41,244 bases of DNA from Promethearchaeota archaeon (GTDB taxonomy: Archaea > Asgardarchaeota > Lokiarchaeia > Sigyniarchaeales > SOKP01). The position numbers were made by a program, and so were the translations under genes. The notes beneath the pieces are model-generated. The model was not told where the DNA came from, did not search any database, and worked only from the letters and a program-made list of their open reading frames with translations. Numbering within the stretch: the stretch's first letter is position 1; each line of letters starts with the position of its first letter. Below, in pieces: positions 9,447 through 19,726 of this stretch. The DNA lies in contig RDOA01000030.1 in assembly GCA_011364925.1 (NCBI GenBank), positions 1-41,244 of the forward strand, written 5' to 3'.

Positions 9447-9983
9447 TTACACTAATTTTGCAGGTTTTCTTTCCCATAATTTTATAGATTCGTAAATATT
9501 AACAGAAGTGCTAAAAATTAAGAACAACAGTAAAAGTATACCCCCTGGATTGGTGATGAATGTGTCACCGTGTGTACCCGCAAAAAAAATATATCCTACA
9601 AACCCCAGAATATTGATGACTAAATACAAAGAAAATCGGGGGATCATAAAGGTCCCTATATGAAAATAGAATCCTAATACACCCTTTTTTATATCTTCCT
9701 TCACATAATATTTTCCATCTATATGGCTTTTTGAAATAATACCCGCATTTAACAATTTATCTACTTGATAAGAAACAGTTCCAGGAGACGATATCTTTAA
9801 TGACTTTTGAATCTCCCTTACTCCAGCACCGTTATGAGTCAATAAATACCAATAAATTTGGAGTGTCTTGCCTTGCAAAACTTTTTCCTTTTCCATCTTT
9901 AAATTTTTTGCTTCAACTTCTTGATCCGACTGTACCACTAGTTTCCTATGTTCATTATTTAGACCTATTCTTCTAGGATTCAT
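9447..9983 (-). CDS. Winged-HTH regulator with C-terminal transmembrane helices
   Basis: LQGKTLQIYWYLL..GVREIQKSLKISSPGTVSYQVDKLLNAGII followed by two hydrophobic segments; overlaps the upstream gene by ATGA. Confidence 0.85.
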   Translation of the reverse strand: MNPRRIGLNNEHRKLVVQSDQEVEAKNLKMEKEKVLQGKTLQIYWYLLTHNGAGVREIQKSLKISSPGTVSYQVDKLLNAGIISKSHIDGKYYVKEDIKKGVLGFYFHIGTFMIPRFSLYLVINILGFVGYIFFAGTHGDTFITNPGGILLLLFLIFSTSVNIYESIKLWERKPAKLV

Positions 9984-11908
9984 AGTAAGTCAAGTTCCTC
10001 ATGTGTTTTTTTGATTCTTTTGCGATTTTTAATAATAATTAGAATCGCAATTCCAACAAACGGGATACTAATAAATAGAACAATTGGAAAGTAGTTTAAA
10101 GGTGGTGGAATGCTTTTTATAACAATAACACTTGCACTGCCTATCTTCCCGGTTATATCCTGAGCATAAAAAGTTATGTTTATCTCTCCTTGAGGTAATC
10201 TATCCCAAAAATAGTGACTAAATGTTCCTGACACTTCAGAAATATCTTCAGGTATAGCACCCCTTATAGGCGAGAAAATATTCTCGCCATTGAGTTCAAT
10301 CCAAAATAGTTCAAAATTAGGCTCTACAATTGAAAATTTATAACTAGGAGGATTAAATCTATATTTTTCATTTTGTAGGGGGCTGATTATGGTAATTTTT
10401 GGGCTATATGTATCCTTGATAACTGAAACCTCCACATATTCTTCTTTACCCAAAGTATTATTCATGAAAAATCTAATATTCACTACACCATCTTTTTGTT
10501 TATCCCATTCTGCTTGATTGATTACTCCTGTCGAACCTGAAAATGTAATGTTAACGATTCCGCCATCCAAAGTATACCAAGTAGAATCTAAATTTGAATC
10601 AAAAGTTGATATATCGAAATTAGGGGATATACTCCCATAAAAGCTAAATTGACTTGGGAAATTGATTGTGATATTGCTAATAACGCATTTTACGGTAACT
10701 GTTCTACCCCAGAAAACTTCTCCCGAAATGTATACGTTGTTAGAAGAATCTACTGCTACTCCGTTAGCCTCATCCCCAGTCAATGTACGATACCATTGGA
10801 AACCCCCTGAGCTATTATACTTCAATAAAAGCATATTACTATTTTCCACACCGAAACTTTCTGTTCCTCCTACAAGGTACAAAAAGTCAGATGAGTCTAC
10901 TGCTACTCCACTTGCCCAATCACGGTCACTTCCCCCCCATGTGCGAGACCATTGCAATTCCCCAGAACTATTATATTTCACTAGAGCAACATCACTCTCC
11001 CCCATTCCGAAACTCTCTGTGTTTCCTGCAAGATACACATTGTCAAACGAGTCTACTGCTATTCCATCAGCGCTTTCCCGTTCACTCCCTCCCCATGTGC
11101 GAGACCAGAGTTCCGCCCCAGAACTGTTAAATTTCACCAAAAGCATATTGATATTAAATACAGGAGATGTAATTCTACTTCCCGTAAGATACACATTATC
11201 AGAAGAATCTATAGCCACTCCATTACATTCACTATCAACATAATCTGGACCCCATGTGAGGTTCCATTGCTTTATACCAAAACTGTCATATTTTTCCAAG
11301 AAAATTTTAAAACCCTTTTGAGTATTTACGGTTCCAGCAATATATACATTATCAGAAGAGTCCACTCCCAGTTTCCCATTATATTTATATATGGTGCGAT
11401 TCCATAGTTGCACCCCAGAGCTGTCAAATTTCACTAAAATTATGTTTTCAGGTAGATTTCCCGCAACGTACACATTATCAGTGGAATCCACAGCTAACGC
11501 AGCATCTCCCCAGAGTGGACTTACCGATGTGTAATTCCATAGTTGTACCCCGGAACTATCATATTTCACCAAAAAAAGCTTGTGTATATTATCTATGAAT
11601 AAATGACCACTTTTTCCTATAGTATACACATTATCAGACGAATCTTTAGCCACTCGTAATCCCGCCATGTCTCCTGATTTGTCCCATAAACGCATCCATT
11701 GTATTGTTTCGGAACTACTGGCAGAAGAATGTATCAGAATGTTTTGATTATCCTTAGCATATTGTTCATTAAAGACGGATGTGGTATTTTGTAATTTTGG
11801 GCTAAAACACCAAATTAAAATAATTAGAATAATGAAGATTTTTAACTTTTTCATCTTCAGGCTTGATTTAATTCTTAATTTCATTCTAGTTTCTCCAAAA
11901 TTGTACAT
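9980..11908 (-). CDS. Cell-surface beta-propeller (SBBP-type repeats) protein with Ig-like domains and C-terminal TM anchor
   Basis: Signal-like N-terminus; repeats LVKYDSSG..LW.RTWGG..GVAVDSSDNVY.AG; two PxITIxSP/WY.L.G-type Ig-like modules; C-terminal hydrophobic helix plus basic tail. Confidence 0.88.
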   Translation of the reverse strand: MYNFGETRMKLRIKSSLKMKKLKIFIILIILIWCFSPKLQNTTSVFNEQYAKDNQNILIHSSASSSETIQWMRLWDKSGDMAGLRVAKDSSDNVYTIGKSGHLFIDNIHKLFLVKYDSSGVQLWNYTSVSPLWGDAALAVDSTDNVYVAGNLPENIILVKFDSSGVQLWNRTIYKYNGKLGVDSSDNVYIAGTVNTQKGFKIFLEKYDSFGIKQWNLTWGPDYVDSECNGVAIDSSDNVYLTGSRITSPVFNINMLLVKFNSSGAELWSRTWGGSERESADGIAVDSFDNVYLAGNTESFGMGESDVALVKYNSSGELQWSRTWGGSDRDWASGVAVDSSDFLYLVGGTESFGVENSNMLLLKYNSSGGFQWYRTLTGDEANGVAVDSSNNVYISGEVFWGRTVTVKCVISNITINFPSQFSFYGSISPNFDISTFDSNLDSTWYTLDGGIVNITFSGSTGVINQAEWDKQKDGVVNIRFFMNNTLGKEEYVEVSVIKDTYSPKITIISPLQNEKYRFNPPSYKFSIVEPNFELFWIELNGENIFSPIRGAIPEDISEVSGTFSHYFWDRLPQGEINITFYAQDITGKIGSASVIVIKSIPPPLNYFPIVLFISIPFVGIAILIIIKNRKRIKKTHEELDLL

Positions 11909-11972
11909 TAGTTTAATAATTATTAAATAATTATTTACTGAACTAGATTAAATACCTATTTTTCGTACTGAA

Positions 11973-11990
11973 TGTTCGAATCTCGGTACA
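11973..11990. promoter_or_regulatory. Degenerate TGTWC-N8-GWACA palindrome (candidate operator)
   Basis: TGTTCGAATCTCGGTACA upstream of the SBBP-wHTH gene pair; 11/18 match (reverse strand) to the site at 25900. Confidence 0.4.
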
Positions 11991-12230
11991 ATTCTAAATT
12001 TCCGGATTACATCTATAATACATTTCTTTTTTCAGCAGAATTTAAATCCCTTAGAATTAGAAGCTCTTTAATAATTCTTTTAAGACTAGCAAAATTAAAA
12101 CTGCATTTTATTAATGAAAATTGATATTATAATTACAATAATAGAAATTTAAGTTGAAGAAATGTTATGAAGTTTTTAGTAAAAATGCAATCATAACTAC
12201 TTCTTTAAAATAAAAAATAGGTCGAAATTT

Positions 12231-13187
12231 ATGACTGTTCAAGTAACGAAAATGATCTTTCATGGGATTTTAAACGCTCTTTTCTATATCGCTTTGCCGT
12301 TAATTCTCTTTGAAGTACTCGAAATATACGGATTGATGACTTTTACTCAACAATTTAAAATAACTATTATAATTTTTGGAATAATTGGAACAGTTTTTGC
12401 CATGTTGCGGCACGCATTTCCAAAGGATACCTCAGCAAATCGCTTAATGGCTTTTGGATCTACGATATACTCTGGACTCTATCTGTTCTACTTTTTCGGG
12501 GGTTTTACGCCAGGAGTTCAATTAGGAATGTATTCTATAAATATACCTCCACTTGAGGTAGAGCTAGGTTTACAAACAATAGCTTGGATGTTGTTAGGAG
12601 CATCTGGAATTAGAGCCTTACAATACTTGATCGAAGCAATAGAACTACGAAAAGGAAAGGAATATCGTGCGAAAGTTAGACTAAGCAAACTGTTTAAAGT
12701 GTTGGGAACAATAATGAGCCTTGTTATACTTGGCTATCTTGGAAGTATTGTTTATAGCGGAATGAACCTAGGATTTAGTTTTCACCCCACATTTGTTCCA
12801 GATTATGATAATGGGGGAACACCTCAGTTTACTGATGATACATTAAGTGTTAATATTACTTTTGATCTCGATAACCAAGGTTTTTACGCGATTTACAACG
12901 CTGAGGTAGGAGCAGAACTTACAGTACAGGCTAGTACAAATACGTCTGCGCTCCCATTAGGGCTCAAAGTTGGAGGAGGATCGAAAGTATTCCCAACTTT
13001 TCACGCCTTCACAAATAATCTGAATAACACAGTAACAGTTGTAATGGATAATACTTATATGTTTGAATTAGCAACTACAGATGCAACTTTTCAGCTGAAA
13101 TTCTCGTTCAATACGATATTCGCAACAATTCTCATTGATTTGAATATAACAATACCAGATATCCCTTGGACACATTTTTACCCATAA
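12231..13187 (+). CDS. Hypothetical membrane protein
   Basis: About 5 hydrophobic helices followed by a beta-rich soluble C-terminal domain. Confidence 0.8.
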   Translation: MTVQVTKMIFHGILNALFYIALPLILFEVLEIYGLMTFTQQFKITIIIFGIIGTVFAMLRHAFPKDTSANRLMAFGSTIYSGLYLFYFFGGFTPGVQLGMYSINIPPLEVELGLQTIAWMLLGASGIRALQYLIEAIELRKGKEYRAKVRLSKLFKVLGTIMSLVILGYLGSIVYSGMNLGFSFHPTFVPDYDNGGTPQFTDDTLSVNITFDLDNQGFYAIYNAEVGAELTVQASTNTSALPLGLKVGGGSKVFPTFHAFTNNLNNTVTVVMDNTYMFELATTDATFQLKFSFNTIFATILIDLNITIPDIPWTHFYP

Positions 13188-13285
13188 ACAAAAATTCTCT
13201 TTTTCTTTTTTTTATATTTGAATTTTCTTAATATAACCTTTTTATAGTCATTCACTTTAAATTTTAAATTATTTTATTAAACAAT

Positions 13286-13798
13286 ATGAACGACGAAGAA
13301 CCCCCAAGACCAAGTGGATTATCAGAGAATTCTATCGCACCAATATTTGATACAAAAGACATTTACGGAAAAGAAATGAACTTAGAGAACTTACTTGAAG
13401 AATATAACGGAGTTTTGATAGATTTTTTTCGAGGTAACTGGTGAAGCCACTGTAAAAAACATCTATATCTTCTTACAGAAAACATTAAAGAATTCGAGAG
13501 CAGAAATATTAAATTAATATCAATAGCTAGCGATAGTGAACGACTTCTGAGGAAATTTAAGGAAGAGAACAATTTTGCGATTGATATGATTTCAGATAGA
13601 GGGGCAAAAATCGCAAAGGATTACGATGTGTATTGGTTTGCTCCTGGTGGAGGAGGAACTATACCTATAAAACAAGCTGTACCGAGCAAATTTTTGATAA
13701 ACAAGGAAAGAAAAATTGTGTGGACGTACATCGGAAAGGATAAAACAGATAGACCCTCAATAGAAATGTTGACGACTATAATTGACGAAAAATTATAA
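13286..13798 (+). CDS. Peroxiredoxin-like (AhpC/TSA family) selenoprotein, WUxxC; in-frame TGA at 13442-13444 read as Sec
   Basis: ATG 13286 is in frame with track ORF 13586..13798. Read-through gives ...APIFDTKDIYGKEMNL...LIDFFRGNW-U-SHCKKHL..., 170 aa; FxRGxWCxxC is the family motif. Confidence 0.9.
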
Positions 13799-13799
13799 C

Positions 13800-13863
13800 C
13801 CCCTATGGATGAGTCGTGTATAAAAATTATGGATACATGAGGACAACCTTGCCCTGGTAGGGG
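13800..13863 (+). promoter_or_regulatory. Eukaryote-like SECIS element
   Basis: CCCCTA/TAGGGG basal helix; AUGAG (13809-13813) opposite GGAC (13841-13844) giving tandem G.A; 8-bp helix UCGUGUAU/AUACAUGA; loop starts AAAAA. Confidence 0.8.
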
Positions 13864-14027
13864 ACTCTTATTTTTTTAAAAGGATATGTATAATTTAGTA
13901 AGTATAAAATCACTTATACAATAATGTCAAATCACGCGCTCAATAAGTATTTATTCAAGTTTATATCCAATAAATTATAAATAAAATTTTTTCTGAAAAA
14001 GGAACTCTTCAAGGAGGTTAAACTAAA

Positions 14028-15320
14028 ATGGTGCAAAAAAAACCAGCTTGGTATGAAGCAACTATTATAAAAGACATGATGGGCTTAATGGGTGGCAGAG
14101 CTTTGAGAGGTGGCATGTCACATTTCATCTCATCTAGAATATATCAAGGTAAAGCTTCCCTGCTTCGGGTAGCTCATTTATTAGAGGCAACAATTGATAA
14201 AGAAGATCGACGAGCATTAATAATAACAGATTTATTTACCCAAAAATATGCAAAATACGTTACAGAGTATCTTGAAATGATAGGAATGGAGTATAGGATT
14301 TGGACTGGTGTCGAACCTGAAGTACCCATCTCTACTATCTATGAAGGTGCTAAAATATGCGAAGAATTCAAACCCCAAGTCTTGATTGCGATAGGCGGGG
14401 GTAGCGTAATGGACACCACGAAGATGGTTATGGTTAAGTATGAGAAACCAGAAGTAAACATTTTCATGATTTTACCGTACTTTGGTTCTATTGGATTGCG
14501 AAAAAAAATGAAATATTTTATTGCAATACCTACGACATCGGGAACTGGTTCTGAAGTAACCCAAATTGCAGTTATTACTGATACTGATCGAGATCCTCCA
14601 AAAAAACTAGAAATCCTAAGCGATGAATTCTGTGCAGATATTACTATCTTATTCACCGATTTTGTCAAGGATATGCCTCCCTTTTTGACCATGGCTACAG
14701 GTTTGGATGCTTTCTCACATGCAATTGGAGCTTTTGTATCAAATTGGGGCAGTCCCTTTGCTGATGCAATGAATTCAACTGCAATCAAAGAAGTTATCAA
14801 ATATTTACCACGTGCTTATAAGTATGGCGCCAAAGATATAGAAGCACGAGAACACATGCAAATGGCAGCGTTAATGGCAGGGATAGGATTTGGAAACACG
14901 ACGCCGGGAATTGATCACGCACTAGGACATAGTTTAGGTAAGATCTTTAACGTACACCACGGTCTCAGCGTTGGATTGTTTACAATTTATTCGATTATGT
15001 TTCAAGCACAAGTAACCGATAGATGGAAGTTATTACTACCAATTTTCGACATTCAAGAGGACAGCAAGAGCAGAGAAGAACTCTTCAAAGAATTTAGTCA
15101 AGCTATAAAGGATTTTATTACATCGCTTGATGCACCAGTTTGTGTAAAAGATATGAAAAATCCTGAGATTACTAAAGAAGAATACTTTGAGAAACTTGAT
15201 CTATTAACTGAATACGCTGACGACGACGCTGTAGCTCTAACATCCTTCAGAACAATGAGTAAAAAACTTTTTAGAACAATTTTTGAATATGCGTGGGATG
15301 GTAAAGATATAGATTTTTAA
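14028..15320 (+). CDS. Iron-containing alcohol dehydrogenase
   Basis: AIGGGSVMD, IPTTSGTGSE, GLDAFSHA, HALGH and HHG metal ligands. Confidence 0.93.
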   Translation: MVQKKPAWYEATIIKDMMGLMGGRALRGGMSHFISSRIYQGKASLLRVAHLLEATIDKEDRRALIITDLFTQKYAKYVTEYLEMIGMEYRIWTGVEPEVPISTIYEGAKICEEFKPQVLIAIGGGSVMDTTKMVMVKYEKPEVNIFMILPYFGSIGLRKKMKYFIAIPTTSGTGSEVTQIAVITDTDRDPPKKLEILSDEFCADITILFTDFVKDMPPFLTMATGLDAFSHAIGAFVSNWGSPFADAMNSTAIKEVIKYLPRAYKYGAKDIEAREHMQMAALMAGIGFGNTTPGIDHALGHSLGKIFNVHHGLSVGLFTIYSIMFQAQVTDRWKLLLPIFDIQEDSKSREELFKEFSQAIKDFITSLDAPVCVKDMKNPEITKEEYFEKLDLLTEYADDDAVALTSFRTMSKKLFRTIFEYAWDGKDIDF

Positions 15321-15342
15321 TCGAATGATATGAGGGAAAAAA

Positions 15343-17217
15343 ATGAGTGAAAATTTAATAGGTTATAATGGAAAAATAGCGTACGTTAATTTAACTGAGG
15401 AAAAAGTGGAAATAAAGGAGTTGAGTCCTGACATTGCAAAAGGCTATCTTGGCGGTACGGGACTTAGCGCAAAATTAACGTACGATCTACTGAAAAATAA
15501 TGATTATGAAATGTTAAAAAGCGATCCTTATGCTGAGATAAATCCTTTAATATTTGCTACCGGTCCAGTGACAGGTACAACGAGACCATCCTCGGGAAGG
15601 TATTCTGTAACCGCAATCTCTCCTCTTACGGGAATTTGGGGAGAAGGTACTTCTGGAGGGTACTTCCCTATTTCCTTACGAAATAGTGGATTCGACGCAA
15701 TAGTCATTACTGGGAAAGCAAAAAACCCTACCTATCTCTACATTCACGATGAAACTATAGAATTTAAAGATGCAAGTTCCATTTGGGGGAAAGATACGTA
15801 CGAAAGCCAATCAATATTGAAAAGCCAGCTTAATAACGATAAAATTCGGATCGCTACAATTGGTATTGCTGGTGAAAATCTCGTCAAATACGCAGGAATC
15901 TTTAACGATGAAGGTCGTGCTATAGGGCGCTCAGGTATGGGTGCTATAATGGGCTCAAAAAATCTGAAAGCAATTGCGATTCATGGAACAAAAAGAGTTC
16001 AAATCGCTGATCCCACTGTTGGTAAAGAACTACTAAAGGAAGAAGAGGATATGTTTCGAAACGACCTTCTCAAAACATTAGTCCCATTTCTTTTCACATT
16101 ATATGGAACCAACTGTTATCTAGACATGGGAATGGCACTTGGAGATGCCCCCGGCTATTATTTTACGAGAAACGAATTTTTTGCTGATAAACTTACGGGA
16201 AAAACCTTACGAGAAGAATACCCTGTTTTAGATTATGGTTGTGCTGGATGTACTATGAGATGTGGTAAAACAACCATTATAGAAAACGACGGAAAAGAAA
16301 TTAAAGTTGATGGACCAGAATACGAATCAGTAACAGCTCTTGGACCTTTAGTAGGTGTATTTGACTCTAAAAGTGTGATTCTTTCCAATCACATGTGTAA
16401 TGTTTATGGTTTTGATACTATTTCAGGAGGAGTCTCTATCGCATTCTTAATTTACTTGGTAGAAAATAACTTAGGAATAGAGCAAATAAGCAAATTCTTA
16501 GAAGATATCAATATTGGTGATATTAAATGGGGAAACGGGGATCTAGTGTTGAAATTGATCGAAAAAATTGCTAAAAGAGAAGGAATTGGCAATATTCTTG
16601 CTGATGGCGTAAGGGTTATGGCTAAGGAATTCGGAGTTGATCCCGAATTAGCTGCCCATGTGAAAGGTTTAGAAATTCCAATGCACGATCCCAGAGCTTT
16701 TGCGGGGCAAGCGTTAAGTTATATGACATGCTATATGGGAGCGAATCATGTTAAATGCGATTGGTATGGTGCCGAGTTGATGCTCTTTAAATTTCCTAAA
16801 ATTCGAGTTAAACCCGGCGATAGGGTTTCAATAAAGGGTAGAGAAAAAGGCGTAGCTAGTTTACAAGATCTACGAGCGATAGACGATTCAGCGACTAATT
16901 GCAACTTTTTAAACCCACCCCTCGATCACATTATTCAGTATGTTAACGCTGCTACTGGTTTCGATTACAACAAGAAATCGCTGATGCTTGTAGGTGAACG
17001 TATCAACAATTTAAAAAGATTGATTAGTTGTAAACTCGGAATTACAAGAGAAGACGATAAATTACCTAAACACAATTTAGCAGAATTGAATTCTGGTAAA
17101 ACAGAAGGCGTAAAATTAGACATGGAAGGGAGTTTAGAAACTTATTATAAGGTTAGAGGTTGGGATTGGGAGACTGGTTGGCCAACAAAGGAAAAACTCG
17201 AAGAACTTAATATTTAA
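15343..17217 (+). CDS. aor: Tungsten-containing aldehyde:ferredoxin oxidoreductase family protein
   Basis: YLGG.GL, SPLTG, GRSGMGAIMGSKNLKA, CxxCxxxC, PEYE, GFDTIS, HVKGLE.P.HDPR. Confidence 0.92.
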   Translation: MSENLIGYNGKIAYVNLTEEKVEIKELSPDIAKGYLGGTGLSAKLTYDLLKNNDYEMLKSDPYAEINPLIFATGPVTGTTRPSSGRYSVTAISPLTGIWGEGTSGGYFPISLRNSGFDAIVITGKAKNPTYLYIHDETIEFKDASSIWGKDTYESQSILKSQLNNDKIRIATIGIAGENLVKYAGIFNDEGRAIGRSGMGAIMGSKNLKAIAIHGTKRVQIADPTVGKELLKEEEDMFRNDLLKTLVPFLFTLYGTNCYLDMGMALGDAPGYYFTRNEFFADKLTGKTLREEYPVLDYGCAGCTMRCGKTTIIENDGKEIKVDGPEYESVTALGPLVGVFDSKSVILSNHMCNVYGFDTISGGVSIAFLIYLVENNLGIEQISKFLEDINIGDIKWGNGDLVLKLIEKIAKREGIGNILADGVRVMAKEFGVDPELAAHVKGLEIPMHDPRAFAGQALSYMTCYMGANHVKCDWYGAELMLFKFPKIRVKPGDRVSIKGREKGVASLQDLRAIDDSATNCNFLNPPLDHIIQYVNAATGFDYNKKSLMLVGERINNLKRLISCKLGITREDDKLPKHNLAELNSGKTEGVKLDMEGSLETYYKVRGWDWETGWPTKEKLEELNI

Positions 17218-17271
17218 TTATAATATTTTTAATTTTCTATTTCATTCAACAAAGTAATCATAAGAGCATAA

Positions 17272-18378
17272 TTAACACTCAATTTTGCAGATTAGTTCTT
17301 CTTTATATCCAATAATAATCTTTGTAAGTCCAGACAAAATGTTATCTAATTCATCATCACCAGTATCAACTCTTAAGCATTTAAAACTCTTAATCTTTTC
17401 TTCAGTTCCGATAATTATGATGTTGTTCTTCCCAATTTTTTTTAACACTTTGGCTGTGAATTGTTTGTTTCCTCGACCAAAAACGAAGCCTTGGCCTCCT
17501 ATTGGACTTACTATGATTTTTGCTTTAGGATATTCATTTAATAGGTCAAGAATATCGTTTTCGTTCACATCCTTTCCAACTAAAAATTTACTGTAAAGAG
17601 CGTCTACGCCAAGTAGAGATTTCTCTAAATTTAATTTATCCGTTATTGATTTTACGGTTGTTCCTGGTCCCAAAAGGTATAGCGTGTCATTTTCAAAGGT
17701 TTCAACAATTTGCTGCGCTATTTCTGCTTTATTTTCTTGCTCACTCCTCCCAATTTTAGAGCTACTCTTAGAACTTTGAGTAAGATCTAGGACTTTAGGG
17801 ACGAGTAAATAACCATATAGCTTCGAAACTAATCGACCGCCTCTGTATGCCTCTTCGTCAATATCTAATATCTCTTTTTCTTGGGTTTCTGTGGATTTTT
17901 CTACGAATTTATCTACAATTTGAGCAGCCGCTTTTGGATTCAGCGCAAACACAGAGCTAAACATTTTGACTCCAGACGGAATAGCTACAACTGGGATATT
18001 CAAGTCAATCGAATCATAGATGTCCCTCGCTGTTCCATCGCCACCGCAAAAAGCAAGCAGTTCAATATTTTTTTCTACCATTAATTTTGCGATTCTTTTT
18101 GTATCCTCAGCAGTCGTATGTGGTTGAACGTGACCTATAACTTCGTATTTCAACCCTTTACCTTCTACTAACGCCTCTCCCATTTTTTCAGGTGCAACTA
18201 GTAAAAGAATTTCATCCTTAGAATTCAAGTGTTTTAAAAATACTTCGATTCTCTTTGGGACAACAGGTGTGGCACCCAATTTAATAGCTTCCTTAACGAT
18301 CTCTCCATCTGTTCCTTTTAATCCTACACTACCGCCCATACCCGCGATTGGATTTACTATAAATCCAATTTTCTTCAT
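17272..18378 (-). CDS. ATP-NAD kinase-like family protein (archaeal/AcoX type)
   Basis: IVNPIAGMGG.VGLKGTDG, GGDGTARD, PSGVKM.S.VF, GGQGFVFGRGN. Confidence 0.88.
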   Translation of the reverse strand: MKKIGFIVNPIAGMGGSVGLKGTDGEIVKEAIKLGATPVVPKRIEVFLKHLNSKDEILLLVAPEKMGEALVEGKGLKYEVIGHVQPHTTAEDTKRIAKLMVEKNIELLAFCGGDGTARDIYDSIDLNIPVVAIPSGVKMFSSVFALNPKAAAQIVDKFVEKSTETQEKEILDIDEEAYRGGRLVSKLYGYLLVPKVLDLTQSSKSSSKIGRSEQENKAEIAQQIVETFENDTLYLLGPGTTVKSITDKLNLEKSLLGVDALYSKFLVGKDVNENDILDLLNEYPKAKIIVSPIGGQGFVFGRGNKQFTAKVLKKIGKNNIIIIGTEEKIKSFKCLRVDTGDDELDNILSGLTKIIIGYKEELICKIEC

Positions 18379-18532
18379 TATGGTCTTATCTCATTTTAAC
18401 TTTACAATAATTAAAATAAAAAAAGGATGATTATTTAGATTTAACTTAAAGATTTATCGAAAGAGCAAGATAGCAAATAATACTTTTTGCCAGTAAAACA
18501 TATTTAAAAAATAAAATTAATCTCCTTGGAAT

Positions 18533-19159
18533 ATGGAATATTGGGAAAGGCGTTTCATTAAGGGAGGAAAAATATGGGGAGATAGACCGAGTAATACTGC
18601 ATTTTATGCTCTTGACCTGTTTAAAAGACATAATCTTAACAAAATTTTGGTACCAGGTGCAGGTTACGGTCGAAATGCGAAATTGTTTACGGATGCGAAC
18701 TTAGATGTAGTTGGTATTGAGGTTTCTAAATCCGCAATTAATATAGCGAAAAAATTCGACCCAAAAACAAGATTTTTTCACGGATCAGTATTAGACATGC
18801 CTTTTAAAGACGAAAAGTACGACGGAATTTACTGTTTTAATGTCTTGCATTTATTTCTAAAAAACGCTCGTATTCTGTTCTTAAGTAAATGTTATAACCA
18901 ACTAAAGAATGACGGATTTGCCTTTTTTGTGGTATTTTCCGATAAAGAGAGAAGTTTTGGAAAGGGGAAACAGGTTGAAAAAAATACTTTTGAAAGTAAA
19001 CCCGGAAGACCAGTTCACTACTTCAGTGAATCTGATTTAAGGAAACACTTTAGGAAATTTTCTGTTATAGAAACGGGAACTATAGAAGACACAGAAAATC
19101 ACGGCGAGTTAGGTTTGCATACGCACATTTTAAGATATATATATGTAGAGAAGAAATAA
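18533..19159 (+). CDS. Class I SAM-dependent methyltransferase
   Basis: ILVPGAGYGRN, GIEVS, GSVLDMPF, YDGIYC. Confidence 0.9.
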   Translation: MEYWERRFIKGGKIWGDRPSNTAFYALDLFKRHNLNKILVPGAGYGRNAKLFTDANLDVVGIEVSKSAINIAKKFDPKTRFFHGSVLDMPFKDEKYDGIYCFNVLHLFLKNARILFLSKCYNQLKNDGFAFFVVFSDKERSFGKGKQVEKNTFESKPGRPVHYFSESDLRKHFRKFSVIETGTIEDTENHGELGLHTHILRYIYVEKK

Positions 19160-19411
19160 AAAAATCTCTTTTTATTTCGGTTGGTTAATGAGATTTATCG
19201 ATTTTAAAATCTTTAAAACAATAAGGAATATATAGGGCACAATCCTATCGTTAATCTTCCACCATCATTTCTTGAAAGATTTCATTCTTCTTTAAGATTT
19301 ATTCCTTTTTAATTTAAAGTAATGCGCAAATTCCTCGTTATCCTTTCCATATTTCTCTATGATTTTTCTTCTAAAGGTCTCTATATCTAATCTATTTTTC
19401 ACTTTTTCTCA

Positions 19412-19726
19412 TCAACATCCAACATCTTGCTGTAATTCAATAATAGTATCAGGAAATAGATTGAATTTTATATCCTCTCTTATAGGATTGAATTTTCTAT
19501 AAAAACCCTGTTCGTCAGGAGCATAGGGGGATAAACCGACATCATCATAAATTGTTTCTTCCTCCAAGTTTACAAATAATTGAAGATAATTATGGATATA
19601 ACCATCATATAGAGGAAAAATTGTATTCTCTGAGCTTTGCAGTTCTATTTTATCAACTAAAGCTAACGCATCAATAAAATTTGCGTCGTCCTTAATGTCA
19701 AATTTGAATTCCTTTCCACTTTGCAA
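19412..19726 (-). CDS. Hypothetical protein, possibly beta-grasp (MoaD/SAMP-like), ending in GC; true start probably near 19768
   Basis: Frame stays open upstream (VKKLKFKISIPVKG) up to a GAGGTGA SD; C-terminus is DVGC. Confidence 0.65.
   Translation of the reverse strand: MQSGKEFKFDIKDDANFIDALALVDKIELQSSENTIFPLYDGYIHNYLQLFVNLEEETIYDDVGLSPYAPDEQGFYRKFNPIREDIKFNLFPDTIIELQQDVGC

Noticed and set aside
10662-11243. Antisense ORFs over the SBBP gene, and other short overlapping antisense ORFs in the track
   Set aside because: They are shadows of well-supported genes on the opposite strand and have no recognisable motifs.
10700-11700. Periodic DNA repeats that might suggest a CRISPR-like array
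   Set aside because: They are degenerate in-frame beta-propeller protein repeats, not identical repeats with spacers.
19292-19402. 36-aa minus-strand GTG ORF after the GC-ending protein
   Set aside because: No SD or recognisable motif; insufficient evidence.
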